This document shows, one piece after another, positions 10,771 to 21,400 of a stretch of 64,000 nt of DNA; the first letter of the stretch is position 1; each line of letters opens with the position of its first letter. The stretch is taken from positions 1-64,000 of IMG/VR virus record IMGVR_UViG_3300025012_000053; one strand, 5' to 3'. Position numbers and translations under genes: made by a program. The stretch is from a virus. The notes under the pieces are model-generated. The model saw only the letters and a program-made list of their open reading frames with translations. It did not search any database and was not told the DNA's origin.

Positions 10771-13176
10771 TTATCTGTTATTAATATAAAATAGAACTGC
10801 ATTTCTATGATTCTCTCTGTGAGCAGCTGCAGTTGGCTTTTTTATTGTCCCTCTCTTTTCATTAACATCAATCCAGATATTATAAGCTTGCAGTTCTGCC
10901 ATTACAGGATCGATAGCTCTTGATGTAGGATCAACTTGTGCAGGATAAACAATATAACCGTTAGGATTCTTTTTTTCATCATAGAGATTCGCGTAAGAAG
11001 CATCTTTGATATTATTCGGATCTGCCTGGTATACTCTGAAGATTACTTCTGAGTCATCTGTCGTTCCAAGAAAATCTTCTGCAACATTCATCCATACATC
11101 GGTAGGTCTGCTTCCTTTTTTATTATCAATATTATTGAACCTGTCAATGGTTTCAAAGATAATTCCATCCTGAGTATTTAATGGACCCCTGACTGCGAAG
11201 AAATTACTTTCTCCTTTTGCTTGTGGAAGATTGAACGTATTTATATTATATGAAAGTCTGTTTTTCTCAACCTCCCTCTTATCTCCTTCTATAAGATAAA
11301 GACCATCGCTTGTACTTATCTGGTACATGCCGGGACCATATTGACTTGTCTCGTCTTTTAACTTTCCAGTAACTTTAAATGTTTTGCCCTTTTTAAACAA
11401 TGAATTCTTTTCATCAGCATCCATCTCTGGTTTATCCGGATTATTTAAATCAACAACCCTTTGTCCGGAAAATTGTGCAGAAGCTTCAGTATTAAGTTTT
11501 ATCTCTCCATTTGCATCTGGAACAATACCTGTAAATGCAGTTGTCCATTCCTCCATCATGTTTTTAGTATAATTAGGATCACCTGGCATAGACCATACTT
11601 CAATATCTGGACGAACGCCTACTTCATTAATCTGGGAATCATATGCTTTATTGATTCTTTGAAGTGTATATTTTTGTTGTGGGGTTAAATTGTTTATATC
11701 ATCAATCTTAACACTCTGATATAACTCACCTGGCAGGTTTCTTGTAGCATTATAAGCATATAATAATTTATTTTTCTCAACATCTGTTTGTTGAATCTTT
11801 TCATTTACTTTCTGATCTTTAAGTTCTTCGTCTATCCAGGTCATTACCTCATCTTTCTTACTCTTAAGATCTTTCGCTTCTTTGCTATTCTTATCTGGCA
11901 GTGATGCAATCTTAGAATCAAAATAACTCTCTATGTAAGGTCTTGTTCCCCAGGGATCATCAAAGATCATTTTTTGCATAGTAGGCTTCCATCTATTTTC
12001 AGGACTCTTAAAGCCAAGAGAATAATCAGTTAATACCTTTCCTTCTTCGTCTCTTAAATTTTCTCCTGAAAACATAAGATCTGGATTTTCTGTAACCTTT
12101 TTATAATATTTTTGCCCTAACTCACTTTCATAAAACTTATCAACCTTACCGATACGATTACTCTTCCAGAATCCTATGTTTGATAATGACTTTAATTCTC
12201 CACCACCAGGAGTATTTTGTAATGGAACTATTTTTTGCATAGGTGTTGAGAATATCTTATTAGATTCTTTTTCGGGTTCCTTTTTCGTTCCTGATGCTCT
12301 TCCGGAACTTTGACCTATAGGTGTAGTCTTTACATCTCTTTCATAGATCACATTCTCTTTTTGATATGGTTTGGTATATGGCATTATATCTTCAGGGGTG
12401 AGCTCAGAGACATGTTTTCCAGCAAGCTTTGCAAAATATCTTGCCTCAGGACCCTGTGATGATATGATATCTGCAACGGCTTTTTCTGTTGCCGGTCTCA
12501 TCATCTCCTCGTTCCTTGATTGTATTGTCTCCTGCTGAGTATAGTTTACATTAACAGGATTACCTTCAGAATCAACTACCGGTTTTCCGGTATTCTTATC
12601 TATGAATGGCATCTGATAACCTTCAAGATCCTTAGTGTCTACTTGTGCAGGAATATTTTTATATATATCTGTAAAATACCCTCGAAGATCAAGAAGAGGA
12701 TCATATGGGCTATACTGATCTCCTGACTTATATTGTCTATATTGTCCTGTATTAGGATCTACATTAGGATTAATCATGCCGGGTTTAGACTGAAGGATCA
12801 TTTTCTTGTGAAGCTCACTATCCTGGTAGTCTTTCATTACAAGTTGAACATCAGGATCTCCATGAAAGTCTGCATTAATCCTTGTCAGTTCTCTCATTGC
12901 CGGTACAGAATATGTCGAATCACCATGTTTCTGCTGCCATGATTGTATTCTTTGCTTGTATCTATCTTTTACCTCTTGAGCAAGACCCTCGGAACTCAAT
13001 CCACCAACTACAGATCTGGATAATGCATCAATTTCACCAGCTGCTGCATCTGTCTTTTCAGCACGTTGTATCTTATCCTGTTCGAATCCTATTATTGATT
13101 CCCATGGAGTCTTATCCTCTACAAACTGAGAAGTATATTCAGGAAGACTTGGATTATAAAACCGATTTATACCCAT
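10771..13176 (-). CDS. Internal virion (cargo/ejection) protein, 801 aa
   Basis: Long hydrophilic ORF between the first cargo gene and the RNAP polyprotein; N-terminal NRFYNP...YTSQFV...PW resembles crAss-like cargo proteins; synteny. Confidence 0.6.
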   Translation of the reverse strand: MGINRFYNPSLPEYTSQFVEDKTPWESIIGFEQDKIQRAEKTDAAAGEIDALSRSVVGGLSSEGLAQEVKDRYKQRIQSWQQKHGDSTYSVPAMRELTRINADFHGDPDVQLVMKDYQDSELHKKMILQSKPGMINPNVDPNTGQYRQYKSGDQYSPYDPLLDLRGYFTDIYKNIPAQVDTKDLEGYQMPFIDKNTGKPVVDSEGNPVNVNYTQQETIQSRNEEMMRPATEKAVADIISSQGPEARYFAKLAGKHVSELTPEDIMPYTKPYQKENVIYERDVKTTPIGQSSGRASGTKKEPEKESNKIFSTPMQKIVPLQNTPGGGELKSLSNIGFWKSNRIGKVDKFYESELGQKYYKKVTENPDLMFSGENLRDEEGKVLTDYSLGFKSPENRWKPTMQKMIFDDPWGTRPYIESYFDSKIASLPDKNSKEAKDLKSKKDEVMTWIDEELKDQKVNEKIQQTDVEKNKLLYAYNATRNLPGELYQSVKIDDINNLTPQQKYTLQRINKAYDSQINEVGVRPDIEVWSMPGDPNYTKNMMEEWTTAFTGIVPDANGEIKLNTEASAQFSGQRVVDLNNPDKPEMDADEKNSLFKKGKTFKVTGKLKDETSQYGPGMYQISTSDGLYLIEGDKREVEKNRLSYNINTFNLPQAKGESNFFAVRGPLNTQDGIIFETIDRFNNIDNKKGSRPTDVWMNVAEDFLGTTDDSEVIFRVYQADPNNIKDASYANLYDEKKNPNGYIVYPAQVDPTSRAIDPVMAELQAYNIWIDVNEKRGTIKKPTAAAHRENHRNAVLFYINNR

Positions 13177-13187
13177 TAGAGTAAATA

Positions 13188-15110
13188 TTAATATTTCCTG
13201 TATCTGCGTTTCCCTAATAATGCTGTAGTTTTTCTTCTGAGATTACCTCCAAACCTGCCAGTAAAACTATTTCTCGGATTAAGATCTTCTTCATTCTCAT
13301 CAAGATTGAATAGATCAAATTTTGAGTCTTCAGGAGTAACAAATGAACTTTTGTCTTTATTTCCCCAATATGCATCAATCATTTGTTTTTTTAGACCTAT
13401 CATCTGATTCTGATAATCTTCCTGTGCAGTCATCATCTTGTCATCCCTTGATTTCTGCCCTATCTGAGTAAATAGTTGATTCGTATTAGCATCTATTGCA
13501 GTCTTTCTTGCTCCCCTGTTAGCCGCGTTAGCTTCTGCCTCCTGCATTCCTACCTGGGTGTTAAACATACTTAACCTGGATCTGTTTTGTGAATCCATCA
13601 TTGAGGCCCTGTTCTGTGTTTCTGCATTCTGTGCCTGTATCTGACCTGTATAACTACCTATTGCTTCGGCTTCTGATGCTGCAATGTTAGACAGGTTATT
13701 CATGTATCCTCTTGGGTTTAATCTGCGTAATCGTTCCCGGGAAGATCCGAATGATCTCTTTATGTTCTGTATTCCTGCTTCAGAACTTATAGGAGCCACT
13801 TGTGTCGGTGTAAATGATGCCTGTTGATAGTCTACCTTCTCAGGTCTGCGTAACAGGTTTGTTGCCATTCCTATTCCACTACCAATGATAGGTGCGTTAC
13901 CAGGATCATCAAGAAATGATTTAAGGTTTAATCCATCTTTACCATATCCTATTGCTCCAAAATATCTTCGTGTAATATCATAGATCTGGCTTAATTCATC
14001 ACTCATTTCTTCAAATGGAAGTTGTGATACTTTTCTTGTTTCATCATTCCACTGATCACCGGTACGTTTTTCGAAACGCTTATCGCGCTTCTTTACAACA
14101 TCAGCAACACTTTTGCCAATATCTACCCTTTTAAATGGTACATTACCTCCGTATCTTTTCATAATAGCGGGTGTTACTTTAATCTTATCTGAGTGAACGA
14201 TATCTCCTGTCCGGGATTCTCCATCCTCTACCTGTACTCCAATAGGAAGGTTAATACCTCCCTGGTTATGCTGTTCTCCAATATAATCTGTTCTTTTTGA
14301 TAGTTTTTTAAGGTTCATTCCACCAGCAGCAACTACATTATCATACTGCTGAACTCCTCTTGATACTGCAGGTTTATATACTTCTGATATCTCATTCTCA
14401 TCACTGGCTGGTTGACCAATAGATCCAAGAGCCCCTGCAGCACCTGAAGTCATAAGACTTGCTCCTATGGGCGCTCCGATACCTGTTGCTGTCATGGCTG
14501 CTCCTACACCTATCTTGGCAAGGTTCCCTGCATTATCCTTGAGCCATCCACCTACTGAATACTGAGGTACATCTGTATCTGCCATAAAAGGATTATAGTT
14601 GTCAGGATCAAAACCTTGTTTCTTAAGAAGTTTTGCTGTCTTCTTTTTTTCTCCAAGATAGTAACCGGAAAAATTCTTATTAATGTTTGCAGCTTGTGGT
14701 ATACTTTCCATGTTCCAGAGGCGATATCCTTCAGGTCCTCCCATTGTCCAGTCGGTACCTTTATCCTTACTCATCATGCTTGCTCTTTGAGATGCCGGCA
14801 TCCTGAGCCATACCGATTCAGGAATACTATCTCTGCCAGATCCCATCAATCCTTTTTTTGCAAGAACAGGATATATTTCTTTAGCTGTATGTGATCTCCA
14901 TAGGTTATTATTAACTACATCTTTTGGCAGATCTCCAAGTGGACCGCCCAATTCTAATTTTTTAAAATGTCTTTTAGCCATCCTGGCAAAATTAGCCATC
15001 TGTCTTACATGAGGATCTTTAGATCTCAATGCTTCTGCAGTTGTTTTACCGGTTCTCTTTTTATACGCTGTAAAACGACCTTTATGTGATGCCTTGATTT
15101 TTATTGCCAT
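13188..15110 (-). CDS. Cargo protein 1-like internal virion protein, 640 aa
   Basis: Directly after the muzzle gene. Basic N-terminal module IKIKASHKGRFTAY...RQMANFARMA, a Gly/Ala hydrophobic segment (IGVGAAMTATGIGAPIGASL), the motif HNQGGI...VEDGE...DIVHSD and a Q/N/A-rich coiled-coil end. Confidence 0.65.
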   Translation of the reverse strand: MAIKIKASHKGRFTAYKKRTGKTTAEALRSKDPHVRQMANFARMAKRHFKKLELGGPLGDLPKDVVNNNLWRSHTAKEIYPVLAKKGLMGSGRDSIPESVWLRMPASQRASMMSKDKGTDWTMGGPEGYRLWNMESIPQAANINKNFSGYYLGEKKKTAKLLKKQGFDPDNYNPFMADTDVPQYSVGGWLKDNAGNLAKIGVGAAMTATGIGAPIGASLMTSGAAGALGSIGQPASDENEISEVYKPAVSRGVQQYDNVVAAGGMNLKKLSKRTDYIGEQHNQGGINLPIGVQVEDGESRTGDIVHSDKIKVTPAIMKRYGGNVPFKRVDIGKSVADVVKKRDKRFEKRTGDQWNDETRKVSQLPFEEMSDELSQIYDITRRYFGAIGYGKDGLNLKSFLDDPGNAPIIGSGIGMATNLLRRPEKVDYQQASFTPTQVAPISSEAGIQNIKRSFGSSRERLRRLNPRGYMNNLSNIAASEAEAIGSYTGQIQAQNAETQNRASMMDSQNRSRLSMFNTQVGMQEAEANAANRGARKTAIDANTNQLFTQIGQKSRDDKMMTAQEDYQNQMIGLKKQMIDAYWGNKDKSSFVTPEDSKFDLFNLDENEEDLNPRNSFTGRFGGNLRRKTTALLGKRRYRKY

Positions 15111-15115
15111 GGCTT

Positions 15116-15406
15116 TTATTTTTGAGTGACTTTATTAGCAATCGATTCAGCCGGTACCATATACAAAGATACAAGATCGTGAAGAACTATCGTATGATGA
15201 TTAGTATCATTTACAAAAGTAAACTTTACTTTGATATAGGTATCTCTTAATCTTGCATTATCACCAGCATTTCTTCCTGCATCAATCCTCCATGTTCTCA
15301 GTAGTCTCCTACAGTTGGAAGAATTAATAGGAATAACACCAGTATCCTGATAATCATTTCGTACCTGTATCTTATCTATCGTTCTTGTATGTATAGGAAT
15401 TCCCAT
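15116..15406 (-). CDS. Detached C-terminal segment of the muzzle (tail stabilization) protein, 96 aa
   Basis: TIDKIQVRNDYQDTG...RRLLRTWRI...RLRDTYIKVKFTF...IVLHD matches my recollection of crAss muzzle C-termini; it has its own ATG 2 nt after the stop of the 2291-aa ORF. Confidence 0.65.
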   Translation of the reverse strand: MGIPIHTRTIDKIQVRNDYQDTGVIPINSSNCRRLLRTWRIDAGRNAGDNARLRDTYIKVKFTFVNDTNHHTIVLHDLVSLYMVPAESIANKVTQK

Positions 15407-15408
15407 GA

Positions 15409-18400
15409 TTATAATGTTTTACATAGTCGAATATTAAAGCAGTCAACAATATCCCTTGCTTCATATGTTATTGCAGCATATGAATGATAGAATGTTATTG
15501 TCATATCAGAATCAGAGCACCAGTATGATCCTTTTAATCCGAGCTCAGAGAATGTATTATATCCGACAAAAACACTTCCTCCGGGTAATGCTGTATATCC
15601 ACTTGAATTTGTTGCTCCGGTATTAGGACTTGTCCAATGAGCAGTACCAACTTCTTTCATTGCTCCTCCGGCTAATGACGATCCACCAAGAGCAGCAACA
15701 AGAGCCATCCAGTCTGCTATAGTAGGAACTCTCCATCCTGTCTCCAGGGCACCACTACGTGTAAGATAAGCTATGTTATTCGCGCTTTGAGCTGCATAAC
15801 CATTATAGTAACGTCCATATGTAGATAACTGATCTGTAATAGGAGTAAAGTCAGCTATATAAGGAATGATAGCATTCTGAAGTGTATTATAACTAAGAGC
15901 TGATGCTATTATTGATCCTCCATTGACAAACTTGGTTCCTTTAAAGTTTTGTATTATCCATCTTCTGCCGGCAACATCAATAGTATCATACTCATATCCT
16001 GCATTATCTGTAAGCGGTCCTGTTATTGGTGGTGTTGCTGTAGTAAATGTGAGATTTTCTCCATAGCCAACAAGTGCTACACTATTAACGGCATATGCTC
16101 TTATATAGTGTGTTGTCCCATTGGGAAGATTATCAATAAGTTTATAGAATGATCCTATACCACTACCTGAAGAATAGTTTTGTACCGTTGGATCTGGAGA
16201 TGTACCTACGCAGAATCCACGTCCTGTAATTGTAAGTCCACTGCCTCCTGCATATATTACATTACCATTAGCTCCTGCTTCAGTATATCCTATACCTGTT
16301 ATTGAATCAGTTGTAACTGTAGGTGCTACATTCTCATTCATTACTATAGTTATAGGAGCGCCATATCCATCACCCTTGCTATTTGTGGCATAGGCTGCTG
16401 CATAATATGTTTCTCCAGGGGTAAGACTACTTCGGGTTACACTATATGATCCTGTTCCTGAATCACCATCATCATATTTAGGATTATTATATGCGACAGG
16501 ATCCGTACCAAAGAAGAATCCTTTTTCTGTAATTGCCACTCCTCCATCAGATGTTGCATTACCATTAAGGACAACACTTACTGTAGTAAGACCGGAATAT
16601 GCATTCGTTACAACAGTGGGCACATAATAAGCTATTGTTGTAAAGCTTATCTCATTACTATAAGTTATATCTACAGAGTTTTGCGCGTATGCCCTAACAT
16701 AGTACGTGATACCATCACTACCACTATTCATTATATGTGAAAATTCTGTAATACAATCATTATAACTATCAGCTACAGTAGGAGAGCCAGATGTGTTCCA
16801 ACAGAAACCGAATCTTGTTATGGCAGCACCACCTGTACTTAATAATATAGCACTTAACGTAGCACCAATTGCGGTTATTGATGTTGCATTATATTGACTT
16901 AATACAGGAGCCGTCTGGGTTTTTGAACTGAATATCTTCTCATCTCCATATGATGTTCCTGCACCATTAGTTGCATAAGCACGAACATAATATAATGTTC
17001 CAGGACTAAGAGAAGTAATAGAACTTACAAAAGTGCCTATTCCAGAACCATCGATAGTCTTTGAATCACTTGTTGTAGGTCCTGAACTTGTCTTCCAACA
17101 AACACCCCTGGCAGTAACAGGATCGCCACCATCACTTGTGATCGTTCCACCACATGTAGCCGTAGTATAATCTATAGATGTTACATCAGCAGTTGACACG
17201 TTAGGGGGAGATACATTTATTGTCGTGAATGACTTTCTCACTCCATATGCTGTACCTACACTATTCATTGCATAGGCCATAACATGATATCCCCTTCCTG
17301 ATAATAATCCTGTAAGAGCTATATCAAAAGATCCAAGACCCGTTCCAGTGTCTGCTACTTTTACTCCATCCGCAACAGGATCAGAATAGTCATCTATACA
17401 GTAATATATTCCTCGTTCATATACTGTAGATCCATTCCCGGAAAGAACATTTCCTCCTGCAGTAGCTGTTGATGATCCAAAGACTGTTATCTCATTTGTC
17501 TCAACAGAAGCTGTAGTATATACTGTAGTTGTCCTGGCCCAGTTGGTTCCATATGATACACCTTCACTATTGACTGCATAGGCTCTCATGTAATATGTAG
17601 TACCCTGAGAAAGCCCGGTAATATCAACACTGAATGTTCCTTCTCCTGTACCTGAATCAATATGATCTCCTGCTATCGTAGGATTAGTAGATGTTCCATA
17701 AGCAATACCTCTTTGTGTTACTCCCCCAAGAGCATTGCCATCATGAGTAACATTCCCTCCTGCTCTTATAGACACATGACTCAATACAGTAGGTTCCGTT
17801 GTCAATACCGTAGCATAATCAAGATCGAGAGTAGAAAATCCTCTTGATGTTGCACTATAACCTGTACCTTTCTTATTTATCGCATAAGCCCTCACATAAT
17901 ACTGAGTGTTGTCAGTAAGACCTTCCATATCTGCTGAAAACGAATCGGATCCAGTTCCAGCTGTAACAATATCATCAGCTGTTGTAGGTGGATCAACTAA
18001 ACTGTAACACAATCCTTTCTCAGTGATTTCCGCACCACCATCATTTGTTATTACACCACCACTTCTTGCAGATGATATTCCTATCTGATCAACAGCATTT
18101 GTAGTAAGAGTAGGAACGAATAGATTTGTTGTATTAAAACTTTTCTCATCACTATAAACGGGTGTTGCACTAAGACTATTTATCGCGAATGCTCTCACGT
18201 AATATTGAGTTGTATCTGTTAACCCGGTAATTGTATATTCAACAACACCTTCAACTCCTGTAAGTATTGTATAGTTATCATCGAGTATAGTAGGATTAGG
18301 AGATGTAGACCAACACAATCCGCATGTCAATGGACTGTCTCCTCCGTCTTCAACCAGGGTCCATCCTGTAGTGGCTTCCTCTTCTCCTATATTACTTATA

Positions 18401-21400
18401 GCGGTAAGAAGTATTACCGGGGGGATTGTAGTTTTATGTATCTTATTGGATCCGTAACCGGTGCCTACGCTATTTGTAGCATATGCTCTGACATAATAAG
18501 TATTTGCAGGAAGAAGTCCTGTTACCGTGCTTGCATAATCAGCAGACCCGGTACCATCAGAAGTATGACTATTAACATCAATAGTGGGATCGGCAGTAGG
18601 ACCATAACAAACTCCTTTGGCTATTATAGGAATTCCTCCATTAGAGATTATATCCCCACCACTTACACATCCCGTTGATGTAGGAGTAGTTATATCTTCA
18701 GTTTCCAATGATGGAGCATTTATATTACTAACGAGTTCAGGAAGATCTGCCAGGTATACTTCAGATGATATCTCAAAATTGGTAAATGTTGCTACAATGT
18801 TTGGCATTGGATTGACAATCACCTCGACAAAACTATCAAAGTACTTACCAAAATATTGTCCCGGATAACCATAATCTTCTTTATAAAGATGCTTACTATA
18901 TGCTGAGAACAATTTATTATCGTATATCATATAAAAATATGCCAGGGTATCAGCAAAACCGGTGAATGCATCAATAACCTCATTGAAGATAAGAGCTATA
19001 CCGGCATCAGCATGATTCTTAATGATGAACCAGATCTCATTATACATGGGATTAAAGACCATGAAGAACCCTGTATTATTAAGATTTAGACTCATGATAT
19101 TATCTGAATTGGAATATACATCGGATATACCATTGAGATATGAGTTTATACCTCTTATGGTAGATATATTCTCAAGGTTATTAAGGAACCTGTTTATCGT
19201 TCTTCGCTTATGATCATACCAGTAAATGCCATTGATACTTTCAGCAATAGAAAATTTTGTACTTAATCCAATTTTAGTAGATATATAATCATATCTCTGC
19301 AGGATCTCGCCCTGTCCGAGTGTTGTACTCTTACCTTCTGTATCAGATATTACAGATCTATCCATGACACTTAATGAACCAACAGCATTATCCTGAAAGA
19401 ATAACAGGTAGTTTTTCCATGCAGCGAGTTTATTAACTGGTCCAAAGGTTTTATTAACAATTATAGATTCATTTGAAAGCCATTGAGTCCAGGGATCTAT
19501 TGTCTCTCTTCCCTCTTTCATATTGGAAGCCATGACAAGACAGTCGTTATAATATTCCGGATTATAGTCAAATGGCGCCGGAAGAAACTTCTTAGCATCA
19601 GCAGTACGTTTATATACTGTATTCTCGAGATAAAGATCTGTCCAGTTATTAAGATATGTTATTCCATCGGCATTGCTTATTGTCTCTGTGAACTCTGCAT
19701 TTCCTTTCTCTCTTATCCAGTATGCTGTAGGAACATTATCAAAGATCCTGTGCCAGCAGTCATCGAGTCTGTATGCAAGGTTTACACTCGTCTCACATGG
19801 AAACATTACCACTGATGCAAATGTATCAACAGAAGCAATGCCTGATGCCTTTTGGTACCATTCATTATAGTAACTTGTAAGATGATCAGTGTAGGCAATG
19901 TAAGTATCTCCCTGGTTAAAATAAGCCGTGGCATTACCAGTACTGACAGCAACAATATCTCCAGCTGCTATATATTCATTCTTTGTCCGATCCTCATAGG
20001 AATGACCACCATATTGAGAACCATAAAGATTAGTCCTGTAATTGGCAATCATATATTTATCAGCAGCTATTATTCCCGATACATCAAGAGCAGTTCCTAA
20101 CTTAATAAGAAGTGATGTTCCAAGATTACCAAGCTTACGGACTCCTGACGGCGCTGTCCATCCGGATATAGGAATAAAATTAGGGATATCCCCAAATGAA
20201 GTACTTATTGCTTCTACATCTGGCGTGACTGCTGCATTCTGCATCCTTGATTCCTGTACTGCATACCACTTACCAAGAGCAAGGGAAACAGGAGTATGAT
20301 ACTTTAGTGCTTCATGTTGTGTGCCATATGCATTATTTACTCCGGTACAAGTACCAATGAGTTGAAGAAAATCATTCGAACTCTGCGTAAAGTTTTTATA
20401 GAATGATATCTCCGGTGAGAACATCACGAGATGTTTCTTTGGTATGGCAGCAAGGCCACTATATGCACTTGTACTTGAATATGATGGCTTGCCTACTATC
20501 CACTCAGAACCATTATAAGGATATATCCAGCTTAAGTTTCCCTGTAGTTTAACAGTCTTATTGTCATCAGTGCGCTTTACATATACTATCTGGACATATT
20601 TTACTTCAGTAGGAAGATTTGTAAGGGTGAATACAATCTCTATGGGCCATGAATTTGTTGCTCCAAGACTTGTATAAGAAGATCCTGTCTTACCGCTTAC
20701 ATCAGTTCCGTGCTCGGGAGTTCGTATATCTCCTATCCACTTAACAGGACTCGGACGACCCTTGTCATCAAAACCAACACAACCGACCCTGTATATCTCT
20801 CCTCTGGTAAGTGTTCTTATAGACTGGTTGAATACCGGGCTTTCCGGACCATTATAATAATTAGGCACTGCAACAGGCACTACACCAAAGGTTTTATTAT
20901 TACCAAGATTGTCGATAGGCTTTTCATTAACAGACTGGAATATATAACTTACATTAGGACCCTCTCCGCCTCTTGTTGTTCCATCCTGGTGAAATGCAAA
21001 GTTTGTTCCCTGGCTATCAAATGTAATATCATTGCTTTTACATATAGCATCTATGTCAAAAGGAAGATCATCTATTGAATCAACAGAATCTATATTTACT
21101 CCTGATGAATTGTATTTCAACCACGTGTTTCCATAAGTAAGACTATTCATCCAGTAACCACCATCTGTTTCATATAGATAACAGGAACGAGTACTTGCAT
21201 ATCTATATGCTCTGGCATCATAATCAAAATCAAACTCGTTCTGTTTTATTCCGGTAGCAAAAAGAATATTGAACTTGGCAGCAATAGATTTACATCTGAA
21301 TGGATTGTTTATCATCACAAACTCAGAATACAGGTATTCTCCTGAATTATAAAGTCCATCATCAGTGATATATACTGTTGAATCTACCGGTTTAACTTCT

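Noticed and set aside
15409-16010. Diversity-generating retroelement targeting the FISUMP domain
   Set aside because: The fold is a plausible DGR target, but no reverse transcriptase or second copy (template repeat) is visible in the window; it cannot be excluded elsewhere in the genome.
16040-18720. ~290-bp repeats as a CRISPR array or mobile repeat
   Set aside because: The repeats are degenerate at DNA level and conserved only as protein (FN3-like) motifs.
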